Positions 10,845-23,204 of a stretch of DNA of 64,000 nucleotides are shown here, one piece after another. The DNA lies in the NCBI GenBank assembly GCA_026770705.1, contig JANJGN010000040.1:3720001-3784000 (forward strand), given 5' to 3'. Source of the DNA: Isurus oxyrinchus (lineage: Eukaryota). A model generated the notes under the pieces. That model was not told the origin of the DNA. It saw nothing but the letters and a program-made list of their open reading frames with translations, and made no database searches. Positions within the stretch are counted from its first letter, which is position 1; the number at the start of each line of letters is the position of its first letter. The translations under genes and the position numbers were made by a program.

Positions 10845-10950
10845 TCTGGACTTCTGTAAAGTGCCCAACTGAAAAATGAGTTGCTGTTCCTCGAGAGTGT
10901 CCTGAGCTTCATTGGCACATTGCAGGAGGCTGAGGACCGAGTGATCTGCC
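10845..10950 (-). mobile_element. Penelope-like GIY-YIG endonuclease C-terminal fragment
   Basis: Minus translation ADHSVLSLLQCANEAQDTLEEQQLIFQLGTLQ resembles the PLE endonuclease end (E..LIF.LGTL.P.GLN). Confidence 0.65.
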
Positions 10951-11389
10951 TAAGATCCAGGTCGCCAGTCATTTTATTTCACCACCTCAATTCTTTAATG
11001 TGTTGGTTAGAGTTCCTGCTAATTTTTGGACGACTTTGGTATCAATTCTGACACAAGAAAATGCCACTATGAAAGATCTGTTCAAAGTTACTTCAACTCC
11101 AACACTTACTGCTCTAAGAAACTGCCACTGAGACAATTTGCTGCCTGGTTTGGTGGTGGAGGCAGAAACACTCAGCTTATTTCAAAGTTACCTGGATCTG
11201 CACCTAAAGTGTTGCAACATGCAAAGCTCTGTGCTGTAAGGTGGGATTGGAATGGGCGGCTAGATTTTGTGTGTTTCTTTTTCAGCCGGCGCAGACACAA
11301 TGGGTGGAATGGCCCCTGTTCTATGCCCTAAATTTCTTATTGTTCTATGAGACCAGGAAGGAAATATTTTCCGCAGAACTCATCTTCAC

Positions 11390-11620
11390 AGGTCAGCAGA
11401 GATCATCTTTACACAAGAGGAAACACTTTTACAAAACATGTTGCGCTTTAACACAGCTGGAACATATTTGAACAACAGGGAAGCATTTTCCACAGCCACA
11501 GTGAAGGTCTGTCACAGTTCCACGACAGAGAGAACAGTTGTACAGCAGAAAGCACAGTTACACAACAGGAAATATATTTTAAAAAGGGCTGATCTTCATG
11601 CAACAGCAAACACCTTTTTT
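11390..11620 (+). repeat. Degenerate ~21-bp minisatellite
   Basis: Units like CACAGTTACACAACAG; inverse of the array at 32890-33500. Confidence 0.6.
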
Positions 11621-11878
11621 CATAAATGATCAGTTTCTCCATCTCAGTTTCTCCCTGGTTTGACAGGCACTTTTTTGTGTCTGTCTTTGTGTGACCTGGT
11701 CGTGTCTTACTGCTTCTCTGTGTGTCTTCCGCTCTGTGCTCTGTTCGCGGTGGTGTGAAGTGGGGTTGTGCAGCCAGGCTGAGCTCCCCAACAGATGTCC
11801 TTTTAAAAAGAAATGAACAAGTGAGTCGTTGCTTGGCTCCCAGGCAGCATTAATATTAATTTGAAGCTCCTGCTTCAA

Positions 11879-11950
11879 AGCAGAGTTTTGCAGCAGAACC
11901 GTGCTAGGCCCATAACCCACAAGTCGATGGATCAAATCCATCGTCTGCTA
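11879..11950 (+). pseudogene. trnMi-CAT: Initiator tRNA-Met(CAT) pseudogene
   Basis: AGCAGAGTTTTGCAGCAGAACCGTGCTAGGCCCATAACCCACAAGTCGATGGATCAAATCCATCGTCTGCTA, 72 nt, colinear with vertebrate tRNAi-Met; A box damaged. Confidence 0.88.
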
Positions 11951-12276
11951 TTCAGGTTGCCATAAGGATGGAAAAGAAGGTTTTAAACTTCAATAAAAAA
12001 ACTCGGAGACTTCATTACAGTAAATTTGTATCTGCTTTATACTACCAGGAAGCATTTCAATCTGCAATCAAACACTTAAGTTGCTTTCATTCGCACATGG
12101 ACACAAACAATAATTGTTGCAAAAATACACCAGCCCCGGGGGATCTCTCCTTTCTCTCAGCCCATTGTTCGAATGGACTTCCCCCATTCTCTGTCACTAC
12201 ATGATTATCTGAAAGAAGAAAAAAAGCCTGTGAACTAAAGAACTGATGGTTGGTGCAAGGATCACCGTAAATATAG

Positions 12277-14345
12277 CAACTCGTGGACAGTCTCAGAATG
12301 TGTGGGTTCTTCAGTGCAGTCAGGACCATTTGCAGCCCAAGGACCTACCCCACTGAGAACTCAGAATGGAGCGGCGCTTATCAAGGACAGAGATACACTC
12401 CGGCTCATTGGAAGGAGCCCTTGTCTGATTTCCTCAACTGAGAATCTGTCCTCGACATGACTGCCCTTGACCACATTCCACAGCATGCTACACACCACCA
12501 GCTCAGTACAATCCCAGCCCGACATGAGGTTGAAAAGGCCATCCGACAGCTAAGAACCATCAAGGCTGCCGGCGCAGGAGGAATCCCTGCGAAAACACTA
12601 AAACAGGGTGGAGAACTACATGTTTTCATCTCCCTCATCAGGAAGGAGAGCATACCAGAGTATCTCTGAGATGCCTAATTGTCACTATCTTCAAAAAAGG
12701 AGACCAGACTGACTGCAGTAACTATCGAGGGCTATCTCTGCTGTCCACCACAGGGAAGGTCGTTGCAAGATCCCTCCGCAATTACCTTCTCTCCATGGCT
12801 GCAGAGCTCCTACCCCAGACACAATGCGGATTCTGTCCATCAAGCAGAACATTGAAAATGATCTTCACAGGAAGACAAACCTAAGAAAATGCAGAGAGCA
12901 GCAGCAACCTCTGTTCATGGTCTTCTTTGACCCCACAAAGGCCTTCGACTCAATCAACTGGGAGCGACTGTGGAGCATCCTCCTCAAATTGTTCTGCCCA
13001 CAGAAACGAGTCACCACCCTCCGCCTGCTGCAGGATGACATGCAAACCCTGACCCTGACCAAGGGATCTGCTGCAGACCCACACTAGTGCAAACTGGGGT
13101 CAAGCAAGTCTGTGTCATCGCACCAAATCCCTTTTCCAACTCCATCTCTGCAACACCCCACCCCATCTCCATGAAGCTTCCCGTCGGGGTGGAGCTACTC
13201 TACAGGACGAGCAGGAAACACTCAACTTACGTCACCTCCATTCCGGAAGCGAGATCACCCCAACTTCTGTCATCGAACTGCAGCGCGCTGACGACAGTTG
13301 TGTCTGCGCAAACTCAGAGACAGAGCTCCAAACTATCATTGACACATTCACGGAGCCGTGTGATAGGAAGGGCTTTAGGCTAAACATGTGGAAGGCAAAG
13401 GTTCTCTACTAGACAGCCCCCGCTGCGCACACTGCCACCTGCACCCTCCCCACCCCCCTCACCGGCCACCGCCCCCCCCTCCACCCTCCCCATCCCCTCC
13501 ACCCTCCCCTCCCTCCCGGGACTATCAAGATCCACAGTGAACCATTGGGCCTTGGGAGCCTCTGATCAGCGAGGGCAGATCTCAACAATGAAACTAAACA
13601 TCGCCTCCGGTTTGCCAGCGAAGCCTTCGGCCGACTGTTTAAAAGAGTGTTTGATGGCAAGGATCTCAAACCCGGCCCCCAGCTCCTGGTCTACAGCGCT
13701 GCAGTGCTACCTGCCACCTTAATGCATCAGGAAACTGGACAACATACAGCAGACACCTTAAATCCCTGGAGAAATATCACCAGCGGTGCCTCCACAAAAT
13801 CCTGCAAATTCAATGGCAGGAGAGGTGCTCCAATATCAGTGTCTCCTCTCAAATCAACATCCCCAGTATCGAGGCACTGGTTATGGTTAATCAGCCACGT
13901 TGGCCGGGCCACATCATCCACATTCCTGACACAAAACTCCCAAAACAAGCTCTCTACTCCGAGCTTCGTCACGGCAAGCGGTTACCAGGAGGGCAGAGGA
14001 AACGTTTCAGTGACGTCCTCAAAACCTCCCTGATAAAATGCAACATCCCCACCGATTTGTGGGAATCTCTCGCTTGAGACGCCCAAACTGGAGAAGAAGC
14101 ATCCGCGAAGGTGTCAACCATTTGGAACGGCTCCGACAGGCCCAGGTGGAGGCCAAGCGCAAACAGCGGAAGGAGCGGAGCAAAATCCGAGCAACCCACC
14201 CACCCGCCTCCTCAAACACTACCTGCCCCAACCTGTGGCAGACTGTGCAGAGCCAGCATTGGACTTTATAGGCTCCGCAGAACCCACAGCCCAGAGTGGA
14301 AGGTTGTCATTCTCAGTCAGGAGGCACTGTCTAAGACGGGAGGCT
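12277..14345 (+). mobile_element. RTE-clade LINE, 5'-truncated and frameshifted
   Basis: HEVEKAIRQL..KAAG..GIPA, KCREQQQPLFMVFFDPTKAFD, GVKQVCVIAP, QPRWPGHIIHIPDTKLPKQALYSEL.HGKR.PGGQRKRF, C-terminal CxxC...H motif. Confidence 0.9.
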
Positions 14346-14589
14346 AAATACTTCTGTGAGTGTCTCTGGGTGATGAACTGATGGTGCACGGAGCTCTCAG
14401 CTTTTACTCACAGATTTCACATGAGTTGATTCGGTTTTGATGTTGATTTGTTCTCTGATGTCGATTCCTCAAATTCTTCACCTGATTTTCTTTTAAATGA
14501 AGCTCTCTCAGCAGAATTCTCATTAACTCCCTGTCTTTTCCTCACAGCTTTTCAATCACAATGTTTTTGAACTATATTATTAAAGGGTT

Positions 14590-14912
14590 TGCAGCAGCCA
14601 GCTTCCAGGAACAGCAATGTGATGAAGGCAGGATAATCTGTTTTGAAGTGGTGTTAATTGAGGGGCAAATGTTGGCTCTGATGCGATAGTATAACTCCCG
14701 TCTCTCTGTGAAATTGTGCCATGGTAATTTTACATGAGAAGACAGATGGTACCTCAGTTTGCCATAGCATTTCCAAGCTGCTCCCTCTAACAGTGAAACA
14801 TTCACTCAGTAATGCACTGAAGTGTAAGCCTGACTTTCCACTCAGAATTCTGGAGAGAGTTTTGAACTCACAACCTCCTGACTGTAAAAACATGAGAGCA
14901 ACTGACTGAATC
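14590..14912 (-). mobile_element. DeuSINE (SacSINE1-like)
   Basis: Minus strand ...CAGTGCATTACTGAGTGAATG...CCATGGCACAATTTC...ATTTGCCCCTCAATTAACACC...CACATTGCTGTT resembles the Deu domain. Confidence 0.7.
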
Positions 14913-15444
14913 ATAGTTCACAGAATAGGGCAGAAGCGGCACGAGGTGTGTTATTTGGAGAGGTGTTACAGAGAATGAGAGATAAACACTCACAGTTGAA
15001 AGAGATGGAGTTTTTAGCAGGGCAGTGAGAGAGTGTTGCAGGAATTTCGATACGAGCTTCGAAATCAGAAAACGTTACCTTTGTTTTAAAGAGCCGAGAG
15101 ACTGAGGGTTCCAAATGCAGAAATCACCAAATTGAGTGAACAGGCTACTTTTTTTCAAGCTGAAATCAATCCGAATAAGTCATTTATACTTTACATCGAC
15201 AGCAATCTGCCTGTTAATTCATGTGTAATTGATGTTGATTTTGGTTTGTTTGTTAAAACAAAGTAAGAAGTAAAAACATAAGAAGCAAAATCTTGTCTTT
15301 TGGTTTTCTCATTGAGGTCATTGGGTAAATTTGATTCTATTGGTCTCCACGGAGACCTGAACAAAAGGCACGCTGGTTCCTGAGCTTTATAAATAGAAGC
15401 ATCGAGTACAAAAGCAAAACAGCAATGGAGAATCGTTATAAACA

Positions 15445-15640
15445 CTGAAATCAAAAGAGAAAATGTTAGAAAAACTCAGCAGGTCAGGCAGCATCTGTGG
15501 AGAGAGAAACAGAGTTATCGTTTGGAGTCTAATATGACTCTTCGCTGGATACTCTCTTTCTCTCTCCACAGATGCTGCCAGACTGGCTGAGTTTTTCCAT
15601 TCCCTGTTTTCATTTCAGGTTTCTAGCATCCGAGCTACTT
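15445..15640 (-). mobile_element. Fold-back Penelope-type element with decayed hammerhead
   Basis: Inverted arms AAAAACTCAGCAGGTCAGGCAGCATCTGTGGAGAGAGAAA / TTTCTCTCTCCACAGATGCTGCCAGACTGGCTGAGTTTTT around CGTTTGGAGTCTAATATGACTCTTCG. Confidence 0.8.
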
Positions 15641-15869
15641 CCTTCTAATCCATTCATGGATGTGGGTGTCCCTGGCTAGGCCTGCATTTATTGCCCATCC
15701 CTAATTTCCCTTGAGATGGAGGTTGTGAGTTGTCTTCTTGAACCGCTGCAGCTTTATAAAATAATGGTTGGGCCAGGAGCAGGGCATTGTGTCCAACAAT
15801 GATCATCACACTTTAGAAAGATGTGGCGACATTAGAGAGTGCGCAGGAAACATTGGGAAAAAATGATTT

Positions 15870-16340
15870 CTCTGAGAAACTTCAGTTACCCATGATCACT
15901 GCCATATGCTTGAAACATTTATCTCTAAATCCCTATTTACTGCCGTCCCCTTCTCTATCAATACTGCTTGGAGTCCTTTATACATCTCCCACTAATGTTT
16001 TCCACCCTTTATTGCTTCTTAGCTCTACACAGATTGATTCTATATCTAGATTTTATGAACCAATATCCTCTCTCAATATTGTACTGATTTCATTGTTAAA
16101 GAAAAATGCCACACCACCTCATTTTCCTTTTTGCCTATCTTCCCTAAATATTTAAAACCATTGGATATTCAGTTCCCAGAATTGGTCACCCTACATCCAT
16201 GTCTCTATTCTCGTAATCATGTTGTGCCCTTTTACATCTATTTGCAGTGTCAATTCATCCACCTTATTCCCAATGCTCCATCCGTTCAGATACAGTGCAT
16301 TTAGACGTCTCTTTTTACAAATATTTCTTTGTACTATGGC
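15870..16340 (-). mobile_element. CR1 APE endonuclease fragment
   Basis: Reverse-complement homolog of 46640-47070 (GGRVAF, VYR motifs). Confidence 0.7.
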
Positions 16341-17189
16341 CTTATTTTGATGGACAGCACCTCCAATACAGCAGTGCTCCCTCAGTAACGTACTGGAGTG
16401 TCAGTCTTACTTGTTACACACAAATTCTGTTGTGGGATTTGAAGACGTATCTTTGTGTTTCAAAGCCGAGTGTGACCAAGTTAGCCCCAGTCAAAGTGTT
16501 TAACAAATCGTCCAATCCACAGCTACATGACTGGGGCAATTATGATGTCATCCCCTGGCAGGTCACGTGGCAGCTGGAGCCACAAGGCATCACAACCAGA
16601 TTTGTGACTGGATTCAAACCCAAAATCCTGTCTCAATGATTTTTCAAATAAAGCTGTCAGCTGCTTGAAAATGCAGCAGTGAAACTTCCTTCTTGACCAT
16701 GAGGAGAGCTAGGGAGACAGGAGAAAAACTAAATCCTTTAATACAACAGTTCAAAAACCATCAAGATTGAAATCCTGAGAGGAAAAGTCAACTTATTTTT
16801 GAGAACTCTGCTGAGAGAACTTCACTGGACAGCAGAGGAATCAGGTGAAGAACAGAGTAAATCAACACCAGCGAACAAGTCAACATCAAAACTGGATCAA
16901 CTCTTCTCAAGATCAATGAGTAAGAGCTGAGAGCTCCGTGCATCATCAGTTCATCAAGTGGAGATATTGTCTGGATAAAGCATTCTCTTTAGAACAAGAT
17001 TTATTGAACTTAGTGGAATCGATGCAACATTGCAGAACATGCAAGTTACACTGTGATAAAGAAGTGGGACAATTAAATTGTAAACGAGAAGTTGAGTGAC
17101 CTCTGAACTCAAAAACAGATTAAACAGAGAGAGTGAATTGTAGAGTGAAGACTTTAAAAGAGGGATTTGTTGACAGAGGGGATTAGGTG

Positions 17190-18360
17190 CATCCTATGCT
17201 CTGTTGGACCTCCAAAGCAGGCTGATGGTAAATGTCAGATTCATAAAAAATTAAGGAAACAAGCACAATAAATAAAGTACAGCAGAGAACCGATAAAAAA
17301 TGAAATTAGAGCAGCAGACAGTGAGTGCATGAGGAAGGATTAGAAGGTAACACAAGAGAAAACAACGCAGACCTTTAACAAAAAACGGAGAGTCACTGAA
17401 AGGGTCGGCTGGTTAGGAGATCATGTGGAGGCAGAGGGCTGAGGTGTTCAATGAGAACATTACATCTGTCAGCACGAAACAGAGGATGCTGCTAATGTCA
17501 CAGTAAAGGAGGAGCTGGTGGAGAAACTGGATAGGATGAAAATAGATAAAGAAGAGGCAGGTAAAATGTTGGCAGCGCTCACAGCAGAAAAGTCACCCGA
17601 TCCGGATGCAATACATCCTGAATTACTGAGGGAAGGGTGGAAATAGTGGAGACGTTAGCCAAAATCTTTTCATCTTTCCTTGGATATGGGAGTGATGCCA
17701 GAGAACTGAAGGTTGTTAATGTTACATCTGTGTTTAAAATAGAGATAAACCCAGTACCAGTTAGTCAAATGGTGGTGATGGGGACACGTTTAGAGACAAT
17801 AATCCAGTACAAAACTCATTGTGACTTTGTAGAACATGGGTTGATAAATGTCAACCAGTTCAGATTGATGAACAGAAAATCATTACTGAAATACTTAATG
17901 GCGTTTGATGAAGTTTCAGAGAACATTGAGCAGGGGAGTGAGTTTGATGATGTGAGCCTGGACTTCCAAAGGTGTTTGAAAAAGTTCCATATAATAGACT
18001 TGTTAGTAAAACTCAAGCAGTGGCAGCATGGATATAAAATTGAATAAGGGGCAGAAAGGATAATGTAGAGGTGAGTGGTTGTTTTCAGAGTGGAGGGATT
18101 TAGACAGAACCAATGCTCTCTCACGTCAGACGGTTGTTCTATCCCCATTCCCAGAGCTCTTGTAAATTTTAATAAATTCCAGACAATATCCAAGTTTAGT
18201 GATGGCACTAGATTAGGTGACATGGTTAGAAGTGTAGGTGGGAGCAGCAAGTTTCAAAGGGTCATTAACAGATTCAGTGAGTGAACAAAACTGTGGCCGA
18301 TGGTGTTCAACATGGGGAAGTGTGAGGTCACCCATCTTGGAGCAAAGAAAGATCAATGAA
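17190..18360 (+). mobile_element. Decayed CR1 ORF2 (RT)
   Basis: KSPDPDAIHPELLRE, EIVETLAKIF, LDFQR, ISKFSDGTRLG motifs. Confidence 0.8.
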
Positions 18361-18394
18361 TTTCCGCAACAGTCAGAAACTTGGGCCTGTGGAG

Positions 18395-19110
18395 GAGCTG
18401 AGAGTGAGGGTAAGAGCTGAGTGAGGCTGGAGGGTGGATAAAAAGCAGCAGCAGAGCAGCCCGAGAGCAGCAGTAAGAGAGAGAAGGAGAGAAGAGTGAG
18501 AGCGGTGGGGGGGATAAAGAGTTGTGAGGGAGGGGTTGGAGCAAACTGGCCTTGTGTATAATAAATAGTCAAAGCATGATATCAGGGGAAAGAAGGGAGC
18601 TGGTTGGTTTGTGCAGATTTCTCTAAATTGGGCTTTGATTTAAACTAGAAGATGGAAAATTAAACATTTCGATCAGGGTCAGTGTGACAGTAAGTGTAAG
18701 TGTAATAAGAGTATTAGTGCAGAGCAGGTCTAGAGATAGTAAATAACATTTAGAGTTTAAACAAGGTACTCATTCGATTCTATAAGAAGGAATAGAGGTT
18801 TGTTTTAGATCACGGATGGGCAGCTGAGAGCTGTTGCTTGAAGTTCCTGACCCATTTGGGAACCTCAGGCCTTGGGGCCACATGTGTAGGAAGTCCCTGC
18901 AGCTGCTCGAGTTCGAGCTCAGGATTTCCAAAGTTGAGGGGCAGCTGGAGTCACTGCGGAGCATCGGGGAGGATGAGAGTTTCCTGGATCGTACGTTCCA
19001 TGTGGTAAACACCCCAAAGGGAGTGTGTTCAGGGTAGTAGATGGGTGGCCATCGTAAGAGTAGGAAGAGGCAGGAAATGCAGGAGACTTTGGGGTCTGTG
19101 CCACTCATTG
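18395..19110 (+). mobile_element. CR1 5' UTR and ORF1 N-terminal fragment
   Basis: HMCRKSLQLLEFELRISKVEGQLESLRSI (zinc finger/leucine zipper), homologous to 22864-23130. Confidence 0.7.
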
Positions 19111-22100
19111 ACTCATAGACGTTTACAGCACAGAAGGACGCCAGTCAGCCCATCGTGCAAGCGCAGGTCAACAAAGATCCGACGACACTAATTTCATTTT
19201 CCAGCACATGGCCCATAGCCCTGGAGGCTTTGGCAACACAAGTGAATATCTAAATACTTCTTAAATTTATGAGAGTTTCTGACTCAACCACCTTTCAGGC
19301 AGTGAGTTCCAGACTCCCACCACCCACTGAGTGAAAAATATTCTCCTTAATCCCCAACTTTGCTTTCTACCTCTTCCATTAAATCTATGCCACCTGGTTA
19401 TTGACCCCTCTACTAATGGAAAAAGTACCTTCCTATCCACCATGTCTGTGTCCCTCACAAAATATTTACCTCTATCAGGTCCCCTCTCAACCTTTGCTGG
19501 TCCAAAGAAAACAACCTCAGCCTATCCAATCTTTGCTCATAGCTCAGAACCTCCAGCCCAGGCAGCATCCTGGTAAATCCCCTCTGACCCTCACCAGCGC
19601 AATGACATCCTTCCAATAATGTGGTGACCAGGACGGCACTCAGTACTCCAGTTGTGGCTGAGCCAGCGTTTTATACAGTTCCAGCATAACCTACCCGTTC
19701 TTGTATTCTATGCCTCAGCTAATAAAGGCAAATCGGCAGTGGCGCAGTGGTAATGCTTTGGGGACTAGCGTTCGAATCCCATCAGGGCAAGTCTAATAAT
19801 GACCATGAAACCATTGTTGATCGTTGTAAAAACCCATCTGGTTCACTAATGTCCTTTAGGGAAGGAAACCTGCCACCCTTACCTGGTCCAACAATGTGGG
19901 TGACTATGAAATGCCCCCTGAAGGGCAATTAGGAATGGGCAATAAATGTCCTACCCTGCGACCTTCAGGGATCTGTGGACATGCACACTAAGATCCCTCT
20001 GATCTTCAGTACTTTCCAAAGTCCTAGAATTTAGTATAATCCCTTAACTTGTTAGCCTTCCCCAAGTGCATTACCTCACACTTATCCAGGTTGAATTCCA
20101 TTTGCCGCTGTTCTGTCCACCTGACCAGTCCATTGATATCCTCCTGCAGATTACGGCTATCCTCCTCACTATTTACCACCAGGCCAATTCTCGTGTCATC
20201 CGCACACTTCTTGAACTTACCCCCTACATTTAAGACCAAATCATTAAGTACACCACAAACAGCGCTGAGCCCTGTGGAACCCCACTGGAAACATACTTCG
20301 TGCCACAGAAACATCCCTCTACCATCGCCCTCTACTTCCTGCCTCTCAGCCAATTTTGGATCCAATGTGCCACGCTGCCGTGGATCACTTGTGCACTTAC
20401 TTTCTTGACCAGTTTGTCATGGGGACCTTAAAAAAAGCCTAACTAAAGCCCATGTAGACCACATCAAATGCATAATCCTCATCAACACTCCTTAACAAAT
20501 CCATTCTGACTATCCCTGATTAATCCCAGTCTCTCTCAGTGCAGATATATTCTTTCCCTCAGAGTTCTTTCTCAAGACTTCCCCACCACCGAGGTTAGAC
20601 TGTCAGGCCTGTAATTTCCTAATCTATGCTTTCCTCCCTTTTTTAATAATGGGACAACGCTAGCAGTCTCCCAGTCCTCTGGCACCTCCCCTGTGGCCAG
20701 AGCAGATTTGAAAATTCCAGCCAAATCCCCTGATATTGCTTCCCTCGCCTCCCTCAGAGGGACCTCATCCGGGCCTGCTGATTATCTACTTTTAGGCACT
20801 AAACTCTCTCGTACCTCCTCTCTCTCTAAGTTAATTTCATCTAATATTTCACAGTCCTTCACCCTGACGTCTATATCTGCGTTGTCCTTTTCCATTGTGA
20901 AGGCCAATGCAATGTATTCTTTGAGGACTGTACCCATGTCTTGTGGATCCACATACAGGTCACCTCTATGGTCCCTAATTGGGCCTACTCTTTCCCTAGT
21001 TGTTCGCTTGCTGTTTATATATTTTTAAAAACCCTTTGGGTTTTCCTTCATTCTACCCACCAATTTTTCTCATGCACGTTCTTAGCTTTCCTAATTTCCT
21101 TATTAAGTTCCCCCTGCACTTTTTATACTCCACTAGGACTCAGCCGTATTAAGCCCTCGGTATCTGTCATGAAGCTTCTCTTTTTTCCTTAATCCTAACT
21201 TTTATGTCCCTTGACATCCAGGGTTCTCTGGACTTAGTCCCCCTCTTTGTCTTTACAGGAACATACTTGCCTTGTACTCTCGCTATTTCCTCCTTGAATG
21301 CCTCCCACTGCTCTGACAGTTTTACCTGCAAGTCGCTGCTCCCAGTCGACTTGGGCCAAATCGTATCTCATCTTCGTAAAATTAGCCCTTCCCCAGTTTA
21401 GAACTTTTATTCTTGGCCCAACCTTATCCTTTTCTATAACTATGCTGAATCAAACTGAGTTATGGTCACGATCTCCAAAATGCTCCCCTACTGATATGCC
21501 TTCCACCAGCCTGGGCTCATTTCCCAATATTAGGTCCAGAACTGCCTGCTCCCTTGTTGGGCTTTCTACACACTGGCTAAAAACGTTCTCCTGGATGAAA
21601 CTTAAGAATTTTGCTCCCTCTCTACCTTGCACACTGAAACTATCCCAGTTATATTTGGGTAGTTAAAATCCCCGACTATTACTGCCTTATTATTCTTACA
21701 CATCTCTGAAATTTAATTACATATTTCATCCTCTATCTCCCTCCCTCTCACCCAACAGCATGTTTGCCCCTTCTGTGTTTTTTAATACTACTGATATGGC
21801 CTCATTTGATGACCCTTCCATGGTATCAAACCACCCCACTGCTATAATTGATTCCTTGATCAATACTGCTGCCCTCTTCCTCTTCTATCCACCTACACCC
21901 CCGTCTCCCCCAATCATGTCTGAATACATTATAACCAGGAATGTTGAGCTGCCCTTCTTTTAACCAAGTCTCGGTCATAGCTATGATATCATTCTCCCAC
22001 ATGCCAATTTGCGCCCTCAGATCGTCTGTCTTATTCCTCACGCTCCTTGCATGAAAATACATTCCACTTAGCCTTGCTAAATTCACTTCCTTCATAAGTG

Positions 22101-23160
22101 GCCTATGTTTCCTTTGCCTTTCAGACTCACTTGCTAGTGTTTTAACTTCTCATTCCATTTCAGCTTCTCTCCCCTCTGAACAACTTTGCAGGATCCCATC
22201 CCCCTAACAATTTAGTTTAACCCACCCCAACAGCACTAGCAAACCTCCCCGTGAGGATGCTGCTCCCGTTCCTGTTCAGATGTAACCTGTCCAACTTGTA
22301 CAGGTCCCATTTCCAAAAGAAACGGTTCCAATGTCCCCGGAATCTAAAGCCCTCCCACCTGCACCATCTCTCCAGCCACGCATTCATCTGCTCTATCCTT
22401 CTGCTCCTATACTCACTCCTGTGTAGCACCCGGGGTAAACCGGAGATCACCACCTTTGAAGTCTTGCTTTTCAATTTCCCACCTAATTCCCTAAAATCTG
22501 CTTGCAGGCCCTCATTTCTCTTTCTTCCTGTGTTATTGGTCCCAACATGAACCACGGCCTCTGACCGATCATCCTCCCCCCTTCAGAATGCCCTGCAGCT
22601 GTTCCGTGACATCCTTAACCCTGTCACCTGGGATGCAACAGACCAACCTGGAGTGAGACCTACAGTCACAGAAGCGCCTGTTTCCTCCCCTCACTAACCA
22701 ATCCCTTCCCACTATTGCCACTGTCCTCCCCCACTGAGCAGCTGGATCACCCACAGTGCCATGGCCTTGGCTCTGGTTGGCCTCCTCACAGGAACCGTCA
22801 CTCTCACCGTTTTCCATCACCGACAAACAGTTTGCAAGTGTGGTGCACTCGGGGATTCCCTCACTACCTGCCTGGACCCTTCTTCTGTCTGGTGGTCACC
22901 CATTCCCTCTCTGCCTGCACCTCCGTCAGCTGCAGGGTGACCACCTCCTGAAACGTGTTATTCACGAGCCTCTGAGCCTCATGGATGCACCGTAGTGCCC
23001 TCATCTGCTGCTCAAGCTGCAAAACCAGGAGCTCGAGTTCCTCCAGTCGGAGGCACCTGCTGCACACATGGTCATCCAGACCGCCGGGAGAGTCTAGGAT
23101 TTCCCACATAGCGCAGGATGTGCAAATCACAGCACTGAGCTCCCCAGGCCTAACTTAACT
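19111..23160 (-). mobile_element. Near full-length decayed CR1 (ORF1 zinc finger + SGNH esterase; ORF2 APE + RT; 3' tail)
   Basis: ICTSCAMWE...HVCSRCLRLEELE; VHVGTNN...VVISGL...LHLNRNG; YFHARSVRNK...TETWL; LDLILGNE...GDRDH; KKCADDTRIG...QMEFNLDKCEVMHLG. Confidence 0.92.
19735..19948 (+). mobile_element. tRNA-derived SINE inserted in CR1
   Basis: GGCAGTGGCGCAGTGG (A box), GTTCGAATCCC (B box), ...AAACCCATCTGGTTCACTAATGTCCTTTAGGGAAGG...AAGGGCAATTAGGAATGGGCAATAAATG (LINE-shared tail). Confidence 0.8.
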
Positions 23161-23204
23161 AAATAGAATATGAACTCTTGCTTTTATTTTACCCTTACTC
23201 CTAC

